Source: Oligoflexia bacterium
GTDB taxonomy: Bacteria > Bdellovibrionota > UBA1018
Direction of reading: 5' to 3'
Length of the DNA: 19,530 nucleotides
NCBI GenBank assembly: GCA_043732485.1
Contig: JAYTHP010000021.1
Span: forward strand, 1-19,530
The position numbers and the translations under genes are program-made. The notes below the pieces were generated by a model. That model was not told the origin of the DNA. It searched no databases and saw only the letters and a list, made by a program, of their open reading frames with translations. Position 1 is the stretch's first letter. Every line of letters begins with the position of its first letter. This document shows, piece after piece, positions 16,177-19,530 of the stretch.

Positions 16177-17057
16177 TGGCCTAACTCTTGACCGCCGCGC
16201 AAAGCTTGCGGTCCCAGGTGAAGCGGCGGCAATGCTAAGGCCGCTAAAAAAGCATCTAAACTGCGCACCGGGGTGACCGTCAACTCGGGCACGTGAAACG
16301 CATAGAGTCGCATCAAAAACTCAAACAGCGCCAGCTGCTCACTTACCGCTCCCCTTAAGGCTGCTTGCTGCGCCAGCGCAAGCGAGCGGATCGAGACGGT
16401 CAGCTGGTGGTGCAAAAGGCGGAGGCTTGCTCCTGGGACGGTGACGCCCGGCTGCAAGCGGGATTGAGCGTGGGTGTGGTAGCAAGCCAGGCAGATCCAG
16501 GCTGCTTCTGCCGGAAGACCAAAAACCGCCTGCTCCAGCGGGAGCTCGCTCAGCAAGCACTGGCAGCGGTGGCAATGCTGCAAAGCGGGCTGCAAGCCGA
16601 GGGTTTGCAGCAGTTTTCCAAGGTAAACGATGAGTAAGCTCAATTTTTCTTGCTGGCTAGGCCAGGCTGCCAGTTGCCACAGGCTGTTGGCCAGCAGGCG
16701 GAAAATGCTCGGAACCGGCTCGTCTTCTTTGAGGATTTTTAACAGTAATTCGCAAAAGGCAGAAGCAAGGGTGTATTTCTCGTAATCTCCGAGTAAATCA
16801 CTCAAGGAGTGATCGGGTCCGAGTGAGTGCACGAAATGGGCTTCTTTGAGCTGAGCCATCCCGGACGACAACTGAAAGTGCCATAGGCTGGCTGTGAAAG
16901 GTTCCAGGCAACCGCCAAAGCGCCGCGATTGCACCGAGTTGCGAGCAATGGCAGACACTAACCCGAAATTTTCCGTCAGTGCGGTGACAATCTGGTGGCG
17001 CTCTTGATAGCGAAGCAGTCTGAGTACAATGGCGTGATCTTTTTGCAATTCCCTCAT
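16173..17057 (-). CDS. recO: DNA repair protein RecO
   Basis: OB-fold start AIVLR..YQE...IV..LT..FGLVSAIAR...S.RRFGG.LEPF and Zn motif CHRC...CLAC. Start moved from 17228 to ATG 17057. Confidence 0.9.
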   Translation of the reverse strand: MRELQKDHAIVLRLLRYQERHQIVTALTENFGLVSAIARNSVQSRRFGGCLEPFTASLWHFQLSSGMAQLKEAHFVHSLGPDHSLSDLLGDYEKYTLASAFCELLLKILKEDEPVPSIFRLLANSLWQLAAWPSQQEKLSLLIVYLGKLLQTLGLQPALQHCHRCQCLLSELPLEQAVFGLPAEAAWICLACYHTHAQSRLQPGVTVPGASLRLLHHQLTVSIRSLALAQQAALRGAVSEQLALFEFLMRLYAFHVPELTVTPVRSLDAFLAALALPPLHLGPQALRGGQELGH

Positions 17058-17374
17058 GGTGCTTGAGACCTTTTTGGTGGGGCCGCGTGGGTGGGGGTGA
17101 TGGCAGGAGCCCCCGAGACGCGAAGCGTACCGAGGAGAGCAGCCAAGGGATCTGTGAGGAAATCCATAAAAACATTCGTGAGAGTTTTCATGGAGCCAAC
17201 GCCAGCCTCTTACGGACATACCCGCCACCGACTGACCAGCTTTATTTGGGATTTTCTTCTCGAGCTCATTTTATCACACTTTTTTTCAAAACATCAGTGC
17301 TTATTTCAGTAAGTAAAAGATAACAATCTTTGCTAGGCCTGCAAACTAGCTCCAAAATTTGCCACTGAAGGACT

Positions 17375-17403
17375 TTGCGAATCGACCGCAAGTTTGCTAA
17401 GCT
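17375..17403 (+). promoter_or_regulatory. Sigma70 promoter for riboflavin synthase (likely leaderless transcript)
   Basis: TTGCGA (17375-17380), 17 nt spacer, TAAGCT (17398-17403) with extended TG. ATG lies 7 nt downstream with no SD. Confidence 0.55.
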
Positions 17404-17410
17404 CGAATCT

Positions 17411-18073
17411 ATGTTTACGGGTATTGTCCAGCATTATTTACCGATTGTCGGGTTAGAGCGTTTTCCTAATTTTTTGCGCTACCAGGTGGGCTGGCCACAG
17501 GCTGCGCGCCAGGGGTTGCAGTTAGGCGCCAGTGTGGCTATTGACGGTGTGTGCCAGACTGTGGCGACGCTGGGTGAGCATCAGGTGACGTTTGAAGCGA
17601 TTGCGGAGACGTTGCGCCTCACCACCTTAAAAGGGTTGCAGCTTGGGCAAGCGGTGAACGTGGAGCGCTCGCTGCAAGTAGGGGCAGAGTTAGGGGGCCA
17701 CTGGGTGGCAGGTCATGTGCAAGCCACGGCCAGGATCGTGCAGTGGCAAGAGCAAGACGAAGGCCGCTCCTTGCGGGTGGCTTGTCAGTTCGTAGAGCCA
17801 AGCCAGCAAGGATTATGTAAGTATCTATTTTACAAGGGTTATGTGGCGATCGACGGCATCAGCTTGACCTTGGTGGAAGTGGTAGCTGAGGAGGGTCGTT
17901 TTACGGTGGCGTTGATCCCAGAGACCCGCAGTCGCACCAGCTTAGGGCACAAAGTGCACGGTGATCTTGTTAACATTGAGCCTGATGCCCAAAACATCGT
18001 CATCGTCGATACGGTGGAGCGACTCTGGGCACAAAAAAATGCGGCAGTCCAGGCGGCAGGGCAACAGCGTTAA
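17411..18073 (+). CDS. ribE: Riboflavin synthase (alpha chain, ribC in E. coli nomenclature)
   Basis: Hallmark N-terminus MFTGIV, plus GASVAIDGVCQTV, VNVERSL, GGHWVAGHV, KGYVAIDGISLT and VNIEPD. Confidence 0.95.
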   Translation: MFTGIVQHYLPIVGLERFPNFLRYQVGWPQAARQGLQLGASVAIDGVCQTVATLGEHQVTFEAIAETLRLTTLKGLQLGQAVNVERSLQVGAELGGHWVAGHVQATARIVQWQEQDEGRSLRVACQFVEPSQQGLCKYLFYKGYVAIDGISLTLVEVVAEEGRFTVALIPETRSRTSLGHKVHGDLVNIEPDAQNIVIVDTVERLWAQKNAAVQAAGQQR

Positions 18074-18241
18074 GGGAAGCTTTTGACGGGGCTGTGCGGT
18101 GACGGAGGAGTTGTTGTTCGTTCACTTCTTCACTCCTTTTTACCCCGCACCCGAGGGTGAGGCATCGTCTCGCTCAAGCGAGGACTAAAAAGTACAAAAA
18201 GTGGGCGCCCACAAAAAAGGCGCCGTGGTTTTACTAAAACG

Positions 18242-18297
18242 CAAAAGGCTCGGGAGAGGGGATTTGAAAGCAAGATCTTCCTGTCGCGAGCCTTTTG
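18242..18297. terminator. Long hairpin between convergent genes, possible bidirectional terminator
   Basis: CAAAAGGCTCG (18242-18252) is the perfect reverse complement of CGAGCCTTTTG (18287-18297), with further imperfect inner pairing. Confidence 0.45.
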
Positions 18298-18419
18298 TGC
18301 GTGAGAGAGCAAGAGAGGTTCAGGTCATTCCGTGCTGCACTTGTCGCCGACTTTTTGCTCTCAGGGTCCGCTTTTGAGCTCAACTCTCTTATGAGGTTCA
18401 GACGCTCCCCAGATTTTTT

Positions 18420-19051
18420 TTACATGTTAAAGCGCAAAACTGGTTGAGCCTAAAAATCGCCGATATAAGCCTTTTTGGTGAATCCTTCGGTGCCGACAAG
18501 ATAGCTTAAGCGCGCTCCAATTGAGCATCCGCTTGCAATTGGGAAGTCATAGCCGGTCACGGCTCCAAGCGCACGTGAGGTGTGTGATGTTGCGGCTTTA
18601 AGGATTTCGATGCCGTAGGCGCTGGCGGTGCTCAAGATGCTTGAAACTCCAAAACCTATTTTTGCGCCGATATAAAGCGGGGGGCTGCAAGGCGTCTGAA
18701 AAAAGACAGTTAAAGTCAGGCGTCAAAAAACTTTGGTAATAATCTATTGCTGAGCTTGCGTAGTTTGTTTATTTCGATATGGCGTTAAGCTTTCTGATCG
18801 TCAGGCTCCTTCCCTCTTCGAAGTGAGGGTCAACTTGGTAGCCAACCCGCGCGCCAAAGCTGGGTGTAGTTTTTGAAGCGCTTGCGCCAATGGAATAGCT
18901 TGTTCCTGGGTAGACTTCGGTAGTCAGGTCTGCTCCCAAGAGGGCGCTAAAAATTATAGCCATGGTCTTGGGCATGGCATGCGGAACGAGCAAGCGAACC
19001 GATGAGGATGATAGTGGCTCCGTATTTTTTTAAAAAATTGAACTGAATCAT
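18420..19051 (-). pseudogene. Disrupted outer-membrane beta-barrel protein gene (~210 codons)
   Basis: Reconstruction: signal peptide MIQFNFLKKYGATIILIGSLARSACHA-QD, frameshift at A5 18949-18953, FSALLGADL...FGARVGYQV, in-frame TAA 18769-18771, ...PDFNCLF, frameshift at G6 18679-18684, LYIGAKIGFG...ALGAVTGYDFPI...SIGARLSYL, in-frame TAG 18450-18452, then AQPVLRFNM-stop. Confidence 0.7.
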
Positions 19052-19530
19052 CTGCTTATTTTTCCTGTGGTTGTGTGATTTTACTAGGGTAACGATTTTA
19101 CTAACACTTGCTCTCTTTTTTCAATACATCCAAGTTCGGCTCTGCTTTGAGAGCAGAGTGGCTGAGAGCAGAGTAGCGCTGTCAAAGAAGGCCTGCGCTT
19201 TGCATCGTAAAAAAGTATTTTTACAATATAAAAATAGAATAAAAAATAATTATTTAAAAAAATTCTTAGGAAAAAGGAGTCAAGAGGTGAAAAAATCCCT
19301 AAAATGCCGTATTTTGTAAAAAAATCATCGAAAGATCAGCGTTAAAACGTAAGCCTATTTTTGCAGTCCGAGTGGGTGGAGTGGTCGTAGTCGTGTCGAA
19401 TGACTGGGAGGGGATTGGCAAGAGCAGCAATCAAAAATGAGTCCTGCTCTTAGGGGCTATGACCTGAGAGGCAATCTCCAAGTTCATGGCAAACCAAAGT
19501 TTTTCAATTTTTTTAGATTTCCTGAGCGAC

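Noticed and set aside
17058..17228. 57-codon N-terminal extension of RecO in the ORF track
   Set aside because: RecO similarity starts at MRELQKDHAIVLR. The extension looks like open intergenic sequence.
17058..17410. FMN riboswitch upstream of riboflavin synthase
   Set aside because: No RFN consensus is visible, and the promoter position suggests a leaderless transcript.
19071..19319. 82 aa ORF and a short TGAGAGCAGAGT duplication near 19148-19174
   Set aside because: TTG start, AT-rich low-complexity sequence and only two repeat copies, so neither a credible gene nor a CRISPR array.
1..19530. CRISPR array, transposase, integrase or prophage genes
   Set aside because: No regularly spaced repeats or mobile-element protein motifs were seen.

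Overview
Bacterial chromosomal window of about 53% GC. The gene content (recO...glyQS-ppdK, RfaE2, GmhB, MsbA, RDD protein) suggests a Gram-negative deltaproteobacteria-like or Bdellovibrionota-like organism, but this is inference only. Mostly housekeeping genes: the 5' end of a probable tRNA-Pro at the left edge, an RDD protein coupled to rfaE2, two hypothetical proteins, an amidohydrolase, ppdK, glyQS, msbA, gmhB, recO and riboflavin synthase. The standout is a tandem pair of paralogous ~670-720 aa proteins (4610-8929). Each has a signal-peptide-like N-terminus ending in AFA, a large helical body of unknown function, a Ser/Pro/Thr-rich linker and a C-terminal HicA-like RNase domain, and no HicB or immunity gene is adjacent. 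They are candidate exported RNase effectors. Also found: a multiply disrupted outer-membrane beta-barrel pseudogene missed by the ORF track (18420-19051), a rod-shaped structured RNA candidate behind a strong promoter (2981-3104), three apparently leaderless genes, basic tails on PPDK, and enrichment of CCTSAGG.
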